From Chiloscyllium plagiosum (taxonomy: Eukaryota): a stretch of 39,086 bases of DNA. The stretch lies in NCBI RefSeq assembly GCF_004010195.1, contig NW_025215335.1:62001-101086 (forward strand), in the 5' to 3' direction. The position numbers and the translations under genes were made by a program. This document shows positions 11,892 to 23,873 of the stretch, piece after piece (the first letter of the stretch is position 1; every line of letters starts with the position of its first letter). The notes below the pieces were generated by a model. It saw only the letters and a list, made by a program, of their open reading frames with translations, was not told the DNA's origin and did no database searches.

Positions 11892-13489
11892 GTAGATGAC
11901 AGCTTCACCCCTTAGTCTTTGAAAGTTTCAACAAAGTAAAATTGATGTAAGACGACTTGGTGGAATATTTGAATTGACTATTGTAGGAAAGAAAATTACT
12001 AATCCAACAAAGTGTTATGGGCATGTAACTAGTCGTGGACTTTGTATGCAAGGTTCTCTGTAGCACATGGGTCTTTAGACGATACTTGTGTAATGATCTT
12101 TGAATGAAATGCATTCCACAGTTAGCTTTATAGGTTCTAAATTGTCAAAACTGCATTGGAGTATTTATTATTTTGCATCACCTGTTCTGTGTGTAACAAA
12201 TATTGAAAAGTAATCAAAAATCTCCAAATTTTCCCTTTGCATGGAAATGAGAAGTAAAAGGCAATAACAAAAAATGCTTTTTATTTGGAAAAAATGAAGA
12301 TTAAATATTATTTTTAGATTCTCCACACAGCTTTTGGGAGCAACTGCTTTTGCACATGGAAGAAAAAGCACAGTAATGGGGAAATATATTTTTTATTTGT
12401 AAAGCCTGCATCTTCTAACATCAAAGTTTTTAAATCAGTCATGTACTACTTCAGGTAAGTAGTCAACTCCTGATTGTCCGATTCAAGTGACAACAGGAAT
12501 CTGAGGTGTGGACTTGTATTTACTATGACACAAAAGATCAGTTCTTGATTTTTAAAAAATTAGATTCAAGCAAATGTAATGTTCAGTTAATGTTCTAAAA
12601 TTCAGAAGCATTTGCTGTTGTTTTGACAACTGCAACAAAGGAGATAACCAGTACACATCTGCTAAGCAAAAAATCTTTCTACATGTTAGAAATATAGAAG
12701 GATCAGACAACAGAGATCTCAGTAACTAAAAACATGACCAATCCAGTAATATTTTCTTTCAAAAAAACCAAAGATAATCCTTCTATTTACTTAGGGCTGA
12801 TTTACCTTCAGGTGATATAATGTGCCATGCAACTTTGAAAACAGAAATTGATAAGAATTATCTTTTTAATTTTTATTAACAAAATATTGTTTCCAACGTC
12901 AGCATGTGTCTGATTTAGTAGTGAAATGAAAATGATCCTGTGCAATGGTTTACCTCTTGTTGTAGAAATTATTTCCTTATTGAGTGTTGCAGGCATTCTG
13001 TGACTCACAATGGGTGGTGGTGCAATGCAAGCTTATCTTGCCATTGAGATTTGTTGATGGGATGCTGCCTCCTTCCATTTGAGGAGAAAATGTTAGTCAC
13101 CGGTTTTAAAAGTAGAATGAGGAATAAGAGTTAATTTAGATCACCCATTCCTTCTGCAATTTATATATACTATATATAGTCTAAAATGTGTGCAGTTTGG
13201 TAATGGTTGAAAACTGGATCATTGACAAAAAGTCAAAAGGTAATATCATCATTGTGATAGATGACCCGCATACAAATACAACATAGTGTTGTTTTCCTGG
13301 AACTTCTAGATGTTATGATACTACAGTAAATATTGCTGTAAATAATATTCTTGACAGAATAATACGTAATCAATGTCTATCATGATTAAAGTATGGTCCC
13401 TTATCCTATTATTCACCTCGTTGACATGCTACATTAATTTGAGTAATTTTCTGTGAAAATCTTTGAAGTCTACTCTAATAGAGCACCAA

Positions 13490-14190
13490 ACATTATCTAT
13501 ATGGCACCTATAATGTAAATTTCTTGAGGCATTTCCCAGCTGCATTGTAAGGCAATAAATCATTTACTGAGTGGTGTGAGATGTTGACATAGATGACCAA
13601 AAGAGATAAAACAGGGGGAGCTTATTTCAGAGCTTTCAGACTTTGGTAGTTTTAAAGCACAGCTGCCTGCCAATAGTGGAGAGATTTAAATCTGATTTTA
13701 AAGAGCCAGAGTTGAAGCTTACAGCTGTCTGGAAGAATCATGACCTGGAGGATATTATACGTAGGGAAACAAGGTCATAAAGGGATTTGATAACTGGATG
13801 AGAATTTTTAAAAAACTGCAGATGCTGGAAATTATCTCCAACTGTCCTCCATGACCTGACATTCAACCTTAATGATGTGCTCCTTGCTCCTCTACAGATG
13901 CCATGCTGGTGGTCAATGCCAATAACCATCTCTCCCATAGCTTTCCTTGGCTTTCAGTGCTGTTCCACATTTCTCCCCAAATATACCCAGAGGTTCTCCT
14001 CTCACCATCCTTGTTCCGAATATCACAAATGCTTCTACTCTAGCCACCCCCAATCAGATCCTTGACTGTCCAATTACTTTTGTCAGTGATCCTCCTGCTG
14101 TGCATACAGACTCATTTTGTACCCTCAGTGGTCAACAGATGGACGATACCCCTCACTCCAAGCCTCTAACCGACATCAAGAAACAGTCCA
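13490..14190. mobile_element. Degenerate L2/CR1-like LINE pieces
   Basis: Shares motifs (ggatgagaattttta, cagatgaccaaaag) with the relic at 25270-27780. Confidence 0.45.
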
Positions 14191-14202
14191 CAGACACGAG
14201 TG

Positions 14203-14385
14203 ACCAGAAACAAAATCAGAAATTGCTGGAAAAGCTGAGCAGGTCTGGCAGCATCTGTGCAGAGAGAAGGAGTTACTATTGAATCAGATGATGACTTCAG
14301 GAGTGGAAGAAGAGTCATTGGATTCAATATTAACTCTGCTGTTTTCACAGATGCTGCCAGATCTGATAAGCTTCTTTTGCATTTG
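14203..14385. mobile_element. Old fold-back element of the same class
   Basis: Inverted arms tctggcagcatctgtg / cacagatgctgccaga; decayed core gaagaagagtcattggattc. Confidence 0.65.
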
Positions 14386-14891
14386 GCTGGAAATCTGGAA
14401 TAAAACATTCACACTATCTTCCAATTTGAGCAGTTTAAGGGTACAAATTTAAGGGGTAAAAAAGGTGGGAGTCAGCTCAGTGTGTTGGAATACTCAAGGC
14501 TCTGTGTGACAAAGATGGAGTGTTTTAAGCAGCAGATCCCTAATCTTAGTTTTGACACAGTGTATGTAAAAAGAACCAAGATGTCTTGACCAGCTAAGGT
14601 GGATGCTACAAATATTTAAATGACTTATCAAAATTTTGCACCTGTCAGAATTTCGGGGGAAGAAAGCTATCTTATAGATTTAAAGTAAATAATTTTATCC
14701 AGTTTGTTACTTCACCTTCAGAATTCATGTGGTCAATAAGTTGAGGCTTTTCAGATATAGTATTTAATTATGTGGCCTTTAGACAAGAGTGTGATCCTCA
14801 GTATTTAAAACTGTCTATTAACACTAAGCTTGTGTATGCTTCACCATGGCTAATGTTCTTCTCTTCACTATCATCCTCTTGCTTCACTAAG

Positions 14892-14930
14892 GAGCTAGAA
14901 GTCCTGCACCAGCTAGAAAAGAGTTCAGAG
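14892..14930 (+). CDS. SYNJ1: Synaptojanin-1 39-nt microexon
   Basis: Long pyrimidine tract then ctaag|; (G)ARSPAPARKEFR matches human GARSPAPTRKEFG; donor gtaaaa at 14931; phase 1-1. Confidence 0.92.
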
Positions 14931-15437
14931 GTAAAAAAGAATAAATGATTCCTAGCGATGATGGATTTCACTAAATGCTGGCTTATGATTAGAATGTTTA
15001 TGCCTTTAAATTATTCCGCATGCTATACATGGAATTGGAACTGTTTCTTCTGTCCTTTTAATAAAGTAGGTAGCTTTATTTAAATGTCTTAGAATTGTTA
15101 CTTCATTTTGGCTCTTGTCTCCGAAGATCCCAAATCATTTTCAACTACAGCGTACAGCTCTTATAACGGTATGCCTCGATTTGCTTTCCCTCTGACCACA
15201 TTTTAAGGCGTGAACATTTTCAATAAGAACTGTTTGACTGGGAGTATAGTTGTAAAGCGGCTATAACTTGGTTAGAGCTCCATGGTGGCCATTGCTGCCT
15301 CGGAACCCATTTCGCAAAGGACTAACTCATGAGTTTGTGTTAACAGGAAGACGTTATGTGGGCGTGACTTTCCCTTTTCTTTTAATTTGTGTGGGAAAGA
15401 TTGACACTTTCAGCATATGATTAGATGTACTCACCAA

Positions 15438-15963
15438 TGGTCTCCTTCCTGTCGGAAAGATGTTGCGAAACTTGAAAGGGTTCAGAAAAGATTTACAAGG
15501 ATGTTGCCAAGGTTGGAGGATTTGAGCTATAGGGAGAGGTTGAATAGGCTGGGGCTGTTTTCCCTGGAGCTTTGGAGGCTGAGGGGTGACCTTTATAGAG
15601 GTTTATTCAATCATGAGGGGCATTGATAGGATAAATAGACAAAGTCTCTTCCCTCGGGTGGGGGAGTCCAGAATGAGAGGGCATAGGTTTAGGGTGAGAG
15701 GGGAAAGATATAAAAGGGACCTAAGGGGCAACTTTTTCACACAGAGGATGGTACGTGTATAGAATGAGCTGCCAGAGGAAGTGGTGGAGGGTAGTACAAT
15801 TGCAATATTTAAAGGGCATTTGGATGAGATTAGGCATAGGAAGGGTTTGGAGGGATATGGGCCGGGTGCTGGCAGGTGGGACTAAATTGGGTTGGGATGT
15901 CTGGTCAAAATGGACAAGTTGGACCGAAGGGTCTGTTTCTGTGCTGTATATCTCTGACTCTGA
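15438..15963 (+). mobile_element. 5'-truncated CR1/HER1 LINE 3' end
   Basis: WSPSCRKDVAKLERVQKRFTRMLPRLEDLSYRERLNRLGLFSLE...LRGDL; 3' tail resembles the HE1 SINE tail. Confidence 0.92.
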
Positions 15964-17097
15964 GTTGGCAGACATTCACGTTTCAGCTTTGCATGCAATT
16001 TGCAGTACAGCCAATAACTGCATTTTACTGTTGTGACATTTTATCCATGCTCTTCTCCTTTAATATCCACTGTTTAATCATCATGTTGCTACACCAGAAA
16101 TAAGAGCAGTCTTGTGTCGGAATAATTTGATCACAACCATCTTCCCTTTTCCTTTGTATTGATAGAAAATGGTATTTTTAACTTTGACTTTTAGCACATT
16201 CTTGGACTTTGCATGTATAAAAATGGCCTTACCTACTAAAGGATGAGAGATTTGTCAAGGACTAAATTTGCAATTTCAGTTTCCAGTTAAAATGCTTCCC
16301 TGATTGATTTTAATCAGAACGTTTTGGTTTGTTTCTGATCAACACTAAAGTGGAACAAGATAATTTGCAGTTCTTTTAATCATATCATTTTTAATTGTTG
16401 TATTGGAATGCCTTATCAAATATGAAATCTGATAGTTCTTAAACTTCAGAAACTATTCCACTTCAATTTTGTTGCTCCCAGTTACAAAAATTCCATCTTT
16501 TTGTTTGGTAGTCTTTTTTTTAAGAGATTGCAGCCTACATAATGAGGCAGCATTTGAACACACCATCCCAATTAAATCAATAAGACTATACTTTCGAAGT
16601 ATTAATAGTATAATACACAAAATATTGTTCCCCACTCTGGTCAGTTTGGCTTGACTGGTACTCCCATTAATTCTCTGGTGACTCAGCATTGAGTATTCCT
16701 CAGTGTGATGTATGCTGTCTTCATTCTTGGCAAGAACCTTTTTTCAATGTGCTGCTGCTTTTGCAAAAGTAAATTAAATAATTATTTAATAGTTCAGAAC
16801 TTGAGTATTGCTGAAAAAAGGCATGTTTTGTTGAAGCCTTTAATCTTGCAAAAATTGGGAATTTGCAAGATATAAATTCAAGGGTAAACCAGCACTACGT
16901 TGAGTGAGAGGAGAGTGCTTGTTTGTTGGTAAATGGGCTGTAATTGGTAGAGGTTTTGCTATGGAGAAAGAACTCACTAATGCTGATTGATAGTTAACAA
17001 CCAGACTCTTAAACTAAGTAGGTTGACTCTGATCAATGTATTTGCCTTGAGGAAAGCAGATGATTATCACCTATTTTGTTGAGTTGAACTAGATATG

Positions 17098-17314
17098 AAA
17101 ATGTGTTGCTGGAAAAGTGCAGCAGGTCAGGTAGCATCCAGGGACTAGGAGAATCGACGTTTCGGGCATAAGCCCTTCAGGAATCCTTCCTGAAGAAGGG
17201 CTTATGCCCGAAATGTCGATTCTCCTGTTCCCTGGATGCTGCCTGACCTGCTGCGCTTTTCCAGCAACACATTTTCAGCTCTGATCTCCAGCATCTGCAG
17301 ACCTCACTTTCTCC
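17098..17314 (+). mobile_element. Penelope-type fold-back element (family A)
   Basis: 14-bp TSD ttgaactagatatg (17084-17097, 17315-17328); ~85-bp near-perfect inverted arms; core CTGAAGA-A-GGGCttatGCCC-GAAATGTC at 17190-17217. Confidence 0.9.
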
Positions 17315-18107
17315 TTGAACTAGATATGGCCTGCAAAGAAAAACCGACCTGTGTATTACAATATGCAGCTTCCTGTACATGCAAGTATGTCATACTAAGC
17401 ACAACTGATTATGCTAAATTGGTTGAGAGTGTAAATTATTGCACATACAGCATATCCAGCAAATGTTGTCTAATTGCAGAATCAAGTTTAATGTTAGACA
17501 CTGTTGCAGGTTTTACAAACATAAGCTAATTTGGTATGGTAAGTACATTGCTTGTTGTGGAACATGCTTTTGATATGGTGCACTCGTCGTTGGGACATCT
17601 GGCCTGCATATTTGGCATCAAACCAGCACTAAAATTCTATATCGCATTACTTTTGTGCAATAGGCAGCATGTCTTTTTGGTTTGACAACACTATCCTGTT
17701 AGTAGCAAACACCACTCATGCTGCTGCAGATATTTTGTAATTAATCTGTTCAGAGATGTTACTACACACCTCTTGAATTCAGGCCTCTGTCATTCAGAGG
17801 TAGGGATGATACCACTGAATCCCAAGAGCCCAATGTTGCTTCCACATAGTAGCAGAGTGAATCAGCTTCATGTGTTGCTGAACCTTTTGAGATAAGTTAG
17901 GATAAGATATCGGTTTTCTCCTTGAATTTATATTCTTGCAAAATAGCTTCAAATGTCTTTTTTCAATAATACAAAAAGTAAATACGTAAACTTGATGCGA
18001 TCTAATTGTTCACCTCTATTTTGACTTGATTTACTTCTATTTTCTGCCCTTGGTATGTCTGTTATGGTATCTCTGTAGACACATTTTCCTTTTTTTTCCC
18101 CCATAAG

Positions 18108-18155
18108 GTCCAGGGGCACCTGTCAGTCCAGGGTTAGCTAGAAAAGAAATGGAAG
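18108..18155 (+). CDS. SYNJ1: Synaptojanin-1 48-nt microexon (16-aa insert, alternatively spliced in mammals)
   Basis: Pyrimidine tract then ataag|; (G)PGAPVSPGLARKEME matches human GIGAPPSPGVARREME; donor gtaact at 18156; phase 1-1. Confidence 0.92.
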
Positions 18156-18919
18156 GTAACTTTGTTTATGATACAACATAAGTTTAATGTGTTGGAATTA
18201 AATGAAGGAATTACGTTTGTTAGAAGTATCTATTAGAAATAATTTTTTTGCATGCAAAGAGCTTGATATTGACTTAGTTTGCACGTGGGACTTTGTGGTT
18301 TGTGTTAGCTAAGTTTCACACTCATTTGAATGGAATCTTTACAGTCTTTTCATGAAAGTAGAACATATTACTCCAGATAGAAACTATATATTCATGTTTC
18401 TGGAAGGTTGTTTGAAATGTAATTGTCAAAGATTGTAATACGCTGTAGCGCCATAGATGTATAACTCTGATTTCATTCTCTCATTTTCTATGTTCCCCAT
18501 GCCTTCCCTTTCTTTCTCATTGAGGCTGGAGGCTGTGAATCAATCTCTTGCACAGACTCCATTTCTTTCTTCTGCAGCTATTTAATCTGAGTAAAGCCAA
18601 TAGATAATGCTGCGGCTGAGATTTTGAGCTGTGAATCACTGATCGCATAGCAATTGACTAAGATTGCAGGAAGTAGTATTCTCATTTGACTACAATATTG
18701 AGAAAAAAAAATTCAAATGGTGGACTGAAATATTCAATTGTTCAATTGAGAAGTGCAATAATTTTGTACCTTAGGTAAGCTTCATTACACTTACAATTTA
18801 GCATTGTGTCTAGCAAAACCTGACAATTGAATTGGATAGGCAGATGTCAAAGGTGCCGTCAGTTCTAAGCTGATTTAAAATGCATTTGATATTACTCAAT
18901 ATTTACTTTTTCTCTACAG

Positions 18920-18990
18920 GCCGTGTCCAGCCTTCTCCACAAGCAACTGTTAATTCAACTAGTACGGGAACCGGTGCTGCATCTAGACCA
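18920..18990 (+). CDS. SYNJ1: Synaptojanin-1 exon, 71 nt
   Basis: tctctacag|; (G)RVQPSPQATVNSTSTGTGAASRP, cf. human GRSQPSPQA...TARP; donor gtacgt at 18991. Confidence 0.92.
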
Positions 18991-19141
18991 GTACGTTCAT
19001 TCGAGTTTGGCTGAGAAAACATACAAATACTGTTGTGCATTCATCTTAACCAGAGGGGAGAAATTCATTGATATTTTTGCAATTGTAATATGGTGCAAAT
19101 AATTTAAAGCTCTTAGTTACGTATCAATTTTCCTTCATTAG

Positions 19142-19235
19142 AGCATACCACCACGTGCTGGGGTTATCAGTGCACCAGCAAATGTACCTATCAAGCAGTC
19201 AGAAGCTCAAAGCAAAACTCCAGAACAGTTAAAAG
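19142..19235 (+). CDS. SYNJ1: Synaptojanin-1 exon, 94 nt
   Basis: ttcattag|; SIPPRAGVISAPANVPIKQSEAQSKTPEQLK(G), cf. human TIPPRAGVISAPQ; donor gtcagt at 19236. Confidence 0.94.
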
Positions 19236-20427
19236 GTCAGTATTATCGATTATGTTAAAGGAAAATTGTTTTTAATGGCTGTGTTTCCAGTTGCTTCATC
19301 ACTTCTTCTACTCTTAAGTTATGAAATAGTAATAATTTACGTTCATCTAGTGCCTTTAAAATGGCTGAAGATACTTTTCTGAGGTGTCAGTTGGTGGGAT
19401 GGAGAGGGAGAGGTAGAGAACAATTATGGTTTGGTGCCCAGAATTATGGGGGGGAGGGGGGGAAATGACCAAAACAGTAGTCAAAAAGATGGATTTTGCA
19501 AAGGAGAGAAGTACAGAGTAGGAATTTAATGATATTCAAAAGATGTGGCCAAAGACCCAACCCGTGGTGAAAGCAGAGAGAGGAAAGAACAGACAAATGG
19601 CTGTAGTCTGACAAGTAAAGGATTTTGGGGGATTATAAGGCTGAGGAGGTTATGAAGAGAGGGTTAGAATGAGTGACAGTTAAGCACAACACAACAGTAC
19701 GGCATGCAAGCAAACTGTTGGATCAATTGGAGTTTATTGAAAATTGGTTACTATTAAGATTTTTTTTTAAATTGAGTTTTGAGGTAATGAAAAGATTCCA
19801 GTGATGGAGGAATTGAGGAAAGTGTGGAGGTGAATAGTGCATTAGTAATGGGCAACATATGAAGTCAGTAGCTCAGTTGACATTCAGGTATGATGTTGGC
19901 GATTTGTGTAGTCTTTTGCAGCCCAGCCAAGCAGTTAGAGAAGGATCAATTAATAACACAGGAATTGAGCGCCAACTGTACAATTTCTTGTCTGTGCTCC
20001 TTTGCTGGACATAATGGTTGTTTCTGTTAAATTATTAAATAGCTGTTACACACATACAAACACATAAACAAGGAATAAGTGTAGGTAACTAGGTCCTTTG
20101 GCCTTCTCTGTCATTCAATAAGATAATGATTGATCTAATTTTAACCTTAACTCTACATTCCTACATATCCCGTAATCTTTCATTCCCTTGGTAACAAATC
20201 TATTTACTTTTGCCTTAAAAATGCTTTGGAACTTGCCACCTTCCTAGCCACGCTGTTCCAATATGGCTGCAATATTGACTCCTACTCAACAATGCGGATA
20301 ATTGTTCATTAAGTCTTGTACAAAGCAAGGCAAATCTAACCCAGCCTGTTACTACTCAATCAGTCTATTCTCAATCAGCGGTAAAGTGATAGAAGGAGTC
20401 ATTAACAGTGCTATCAAGTAGCACATA

Positions 20428-20611
20428 GGAGAAAGTGAGAACTGCAGATGCTGGAGATCAGAGTCGAGAGTGTGGTGCTGGAAAAGCACAGTCGGTCAAG
20501 CAGGAGAAGGAGAATTGACGTTTTGAGCATAAGATCTTCATCAGGAATGAGGCTTGTGGACCAAGAAGATTGAGAGAGAAAGGGGAGGAGGTGGGGCTGC
20601 AGGAAAGGTAG
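20428..20611 (-). mobile_element. Single-arm copy of family A element
   Basis: Reverse complement of the family A long arm, with decayed core (20512-20549) and extra pyrimidine-rich upstream sequence. Confidence 0.8.
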
Positions 20612-20757
20612 TTTAGTGTTTCGTGATTATACAAACTAAAGTTAGAACTCCATGAAGAATTAATTCCGATTTACTTTTTCATAAGTATTTTTTGCTGAAT
20701 ATTCTGAGAGGTTACTGTAATCTTGTGACTTTCTCTCTTTAATTGTATCAGCTAATA

Positions 20758-21051
20758 CAGGTACACAATCCTTATACAAAATCCTTGGGGCTAGTTGTTT
20801 TTCGGATTTCAGAATAAATAACATTTCCATGGTGAAATAAATATTTACCAAACAGCAGATGCACGTGTGAATAGTACGAGCACTGAGACACATTTGACAC
20901 CTACCAGTGCTGGTCCACGCCGCCACGACATCATCTGAATGACTGGGTTTGAGTGGGTGTGGACTTGGGTCACCTGTTTGCACGCCAAAATGATGCTCCA
21001 TGCTCCATTAAAACATTTTGGATTTCGGATGAAGGATTGAAGCAGGTCCTC
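20758..21051. mobile_element. Tc1/mariner-pogo (Tigger-like) MITE
   Basis: TA-CAGG start; TIR caatccttatacaaaatcc versus ggatttcggatgaaggattg (21020-21039); ends near cctc-ta. Confidence 0.6.
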
Positions 21052-21100
21052 TACCCCAACTAAGTGGTGCCAGGCTGCATTTAAAAACCTGAAAATTATG

Positions 21101-21281
21101 TTAAAAGTCGCATACCAGGTTATAGTCCAACAGGTTTGTTTGGATTCTGTTTCACTGTTACCTGATGAAGGAGTAGCGCTCCAAAAGCTAGTGCTTCCAA
21201 ATAAGCCTGTTGGACTATAACCTGGTGTTGTATGATTTTTAACTTTGTAAACCCCAGTTGAACACTGGCACCTCCAAATCA
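21101..21281 (+). mobile_element. Penelope-type fold-back element (family B)
   Basis: 11-bp TSD tgaaaattatg (21090-21100, 21282-21292); arms accaggttatagtccaacagg / cctgttggactataacctggt; core CTGATGA-A-GGAGTagcGCTCC-aAAAGCTA at 21162-21190. Confidence 0.85.
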
Positions 21282-21384
21282 TGAAAATTATGAAACGACT
21301 TGCAAAGTTGGAAATGTTCAGGAAATGTAACAAGCTCTCTTTTGAAGTTTTGAAACAATGCGATCTAATCACTTTGTCTTTCAG

Positions 21385-21614
21385 GATCAATGCTCTTGCC
21401 AGAACCACTCAAGCCAAAACTTTCTACTCCACTTCCACTGCAACCTCCCCCACTTAGTTCGCAGAAACTACAGGAGCCTCTTAAACCTGTTGGTTTGAAA
21501 CCTATTTCTCAGACTCCACCTCCTTCTCTTGGCTTAGATCATCTAGCACCTCAGGCTCCACCTCGCAGCAAATCTGCCCAGAACCTGCCAATAGAACCTG
21601 CCACTGCAGAGCAG
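21385..21614 (+). CDS. SYNJ1: Synaptojanin-1 exon, 230 nt
   Basis: ctttcag|; (G)SMLLPEPLKP...QKLQEPLKPV...PQAPPRSKSAQNLPIEPATAEQ; donor gtaagt at 21615 (phase 0). Confidence 0.94.
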
Positions 21615-23873
21615 GTAAGTTACGGTGGTAGCTATTAAATAACAGAGCTTTTGTGTATATGTAAAGAGTCTATAAATGAAAAAAACGGTTTTGCTTAGAA
21701 CATTCATGCATGCACTTTGCCATTTTGTAAAATGTCTCTGATACCATATGATTACCACATGAACTGAAAAGCTAATGAACTAATTTTTTTCCTATTTCCT
21801 GTGAACCAACTTAGCAAACAGAACATGTATCTTACCCAGTATGCCAGTTTAAGATGAAGGAAAGGCTATGATGTTTTTCCTTCAAGTCTCCCATGTATCC
21901 ATGTTACTGGACCCATGTGTGGTCCCAGGAGTAGCATGGGAAAGTGTGCTTGATGCCACTTGTGTGAGAGAGACATCCATTTTAGTATTTGGGCCTAGCC
22001 TGCCAATTACACTTTGCATGGTTCGAACTGAAAAATAAGGATTAGATTGATTTGAGGAGGATATTGGCCCATTCACTGGACACCTAAAACTCTCAGCTCT
22101 AACTAAAACAGTATTGGTAGGTTGGGATGATCCACCTTGGACAGGGGAGGTCCCAGATTTGGTGGAAATTGGAAGAGCACTTGGGTTCCTCTTATTTCCC
22201 AAAGAAATCTTCACAACACTCAAGGTAATCTTCTTTTGGACCTCTTTGGCTTGCCCTGCTCTGTGCAACCTACTGTATTCATAATTAAAATCACTTTGGC
22301 TCCAATTATTCAAATAAGGGACCAAAAATATTAACATTAGGCTCATGCATACATGGTTGACTCTTCAAAATATCAGGGAGTTGAATTGGTTATGTGCCGA
22401 GAACAATGAGAATAGATCGATTAAATATTTACTGCTGTTTCACTTATGCTTGCTCCATTCTTGTACGTAGTGATTAAAATCAGGCTATTCTGCCAGCAGA
22501 CTACTAGGGCCATCAAAATTATCTCTTTAGGACTTGCCAATAATTCTGCTACAAAAGCAAAATACTACAAATGTTGGGCCTAGCAACACACACAGGAGTT
22601 TGTACACCTCCTTCAGGCTCTGAACTCCTTCATCGGCAATGTTTTTTATTATTCTGTTGCCTTTGCCTTTGGTTTTATCTGTTTTTCACCCATGTTTCAG
22701 CATTTTCAAGATGACTTCAATGAACTGGTTCTAAAGTTAACATAACCTAAAGGTAACATAAATTGATTATAACTTGCGATTGGAGGATTCATTATGTGGT
22801 TTAAAATATGCCAGCCTTCCACGTGGAGCAACTGAATTCAAATATAAAAAAAAACAAAAATTAAAAACTTGAAAATATTCAGCAGGTCAGATCAAAACTG
22901 CAAGTAGTTAGAAATTTATTTAGATTTCAGACAGGTTCAAATATGAAGGGTAGTAAAAGAATAAAAGTCTGTACGTGGGTTCAAATTACACAGTTGTTGG
23001 TGTAGGGCTAGAGTGACACTAAGGTAGGAGACAACTAAAGAAATGAATCTAGATTAAGTGCAATAGACTGAACAGCTGGTGGCCAAAAGCAAAAATGAGA
23101 AACAAAAATCTGAAAACAAAGCATGCAAATAATATGGAAACAAAATGGAGGCAGCAGCTGAGCAATGTGGATTAGTTTTGTTCTAAAACTTGATCCTTGC
23201 TTTCTTCCTGAATTGGTTAATCTGGAATAAAACAACAACAATGGTAGTACACATTAGCCCAATGTGCCAGTGTTCCACACAGATCACCTATACCTTCCTT
23301 AATATCACCCTGTCAGTGTTTCCTTCTCCTTTCACTTCATAAACTTTCCCTTAAATACCTTTCTTTTCTATTTATGTTAACCATTCCATATGGTGGCTAA
23401 TTACACTCACTGGATAAAGACATTTCTCTAAATTACTTATTGAATTCAGTAACTAACCTATATTGATGATCCCTAAATTTGAACTACCTCTCCCCAGTTG
23501 TATCCCTTTAATAATGTATGGCTTTGTTAGCCTGTGTTGCTACTTGTAACAATTTCTGCATCTGTATAAGTACCATCTGTACTGTCTGTGTCTTTATCCC
23601 ATTTAAATGCACTTCTAAATATTTGGTGGCCTGCTTATTTCTCCTATCAAGAGTTTTTTTACTTGTTATTAATTGCATCTTTTTAACATTTTGTATTTAA
23701 TGTGCACCACAGTGACATGAATAAGGATCCATTCTGGCTTATGTTCTAAAGATTCAGCATTTGGAAAAATTAAACCAAACAAAACATTAGTGTTAGTGAA
23801 CTTGCTGTCCAATAGTTAAACTTCTACTTATTGCTTTTCTCTTTTCTGATATTTACTATCTCTTTCTCACAAG

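Noticed and set aside
4740..15963. Oppositely oriented CR1 copies driving exon circularisation
   Set aside because: The two copies are visibly divergent, so stable pairing is unlikely.
17821..17832. cccaagagccca (PKSP) as the missing APKSPG exon
   Set aside because: No suitable splice sites, the downstream residues do not match, it is on the wrong side of the 48-nt exon, and the context looks like a SINE remnant.
18760..18780. ttag|gtaagc as a recursive splice site or exon end
   Set aside because: The intron is only 764 nt, and the upstream sequence has no coding similarity or convincing acceptor.
21882..22346. 154-aa minus-strand ORF
   Set aside because: No recognisable domain or splice context; compatible with chance or an unrecognised repeat.
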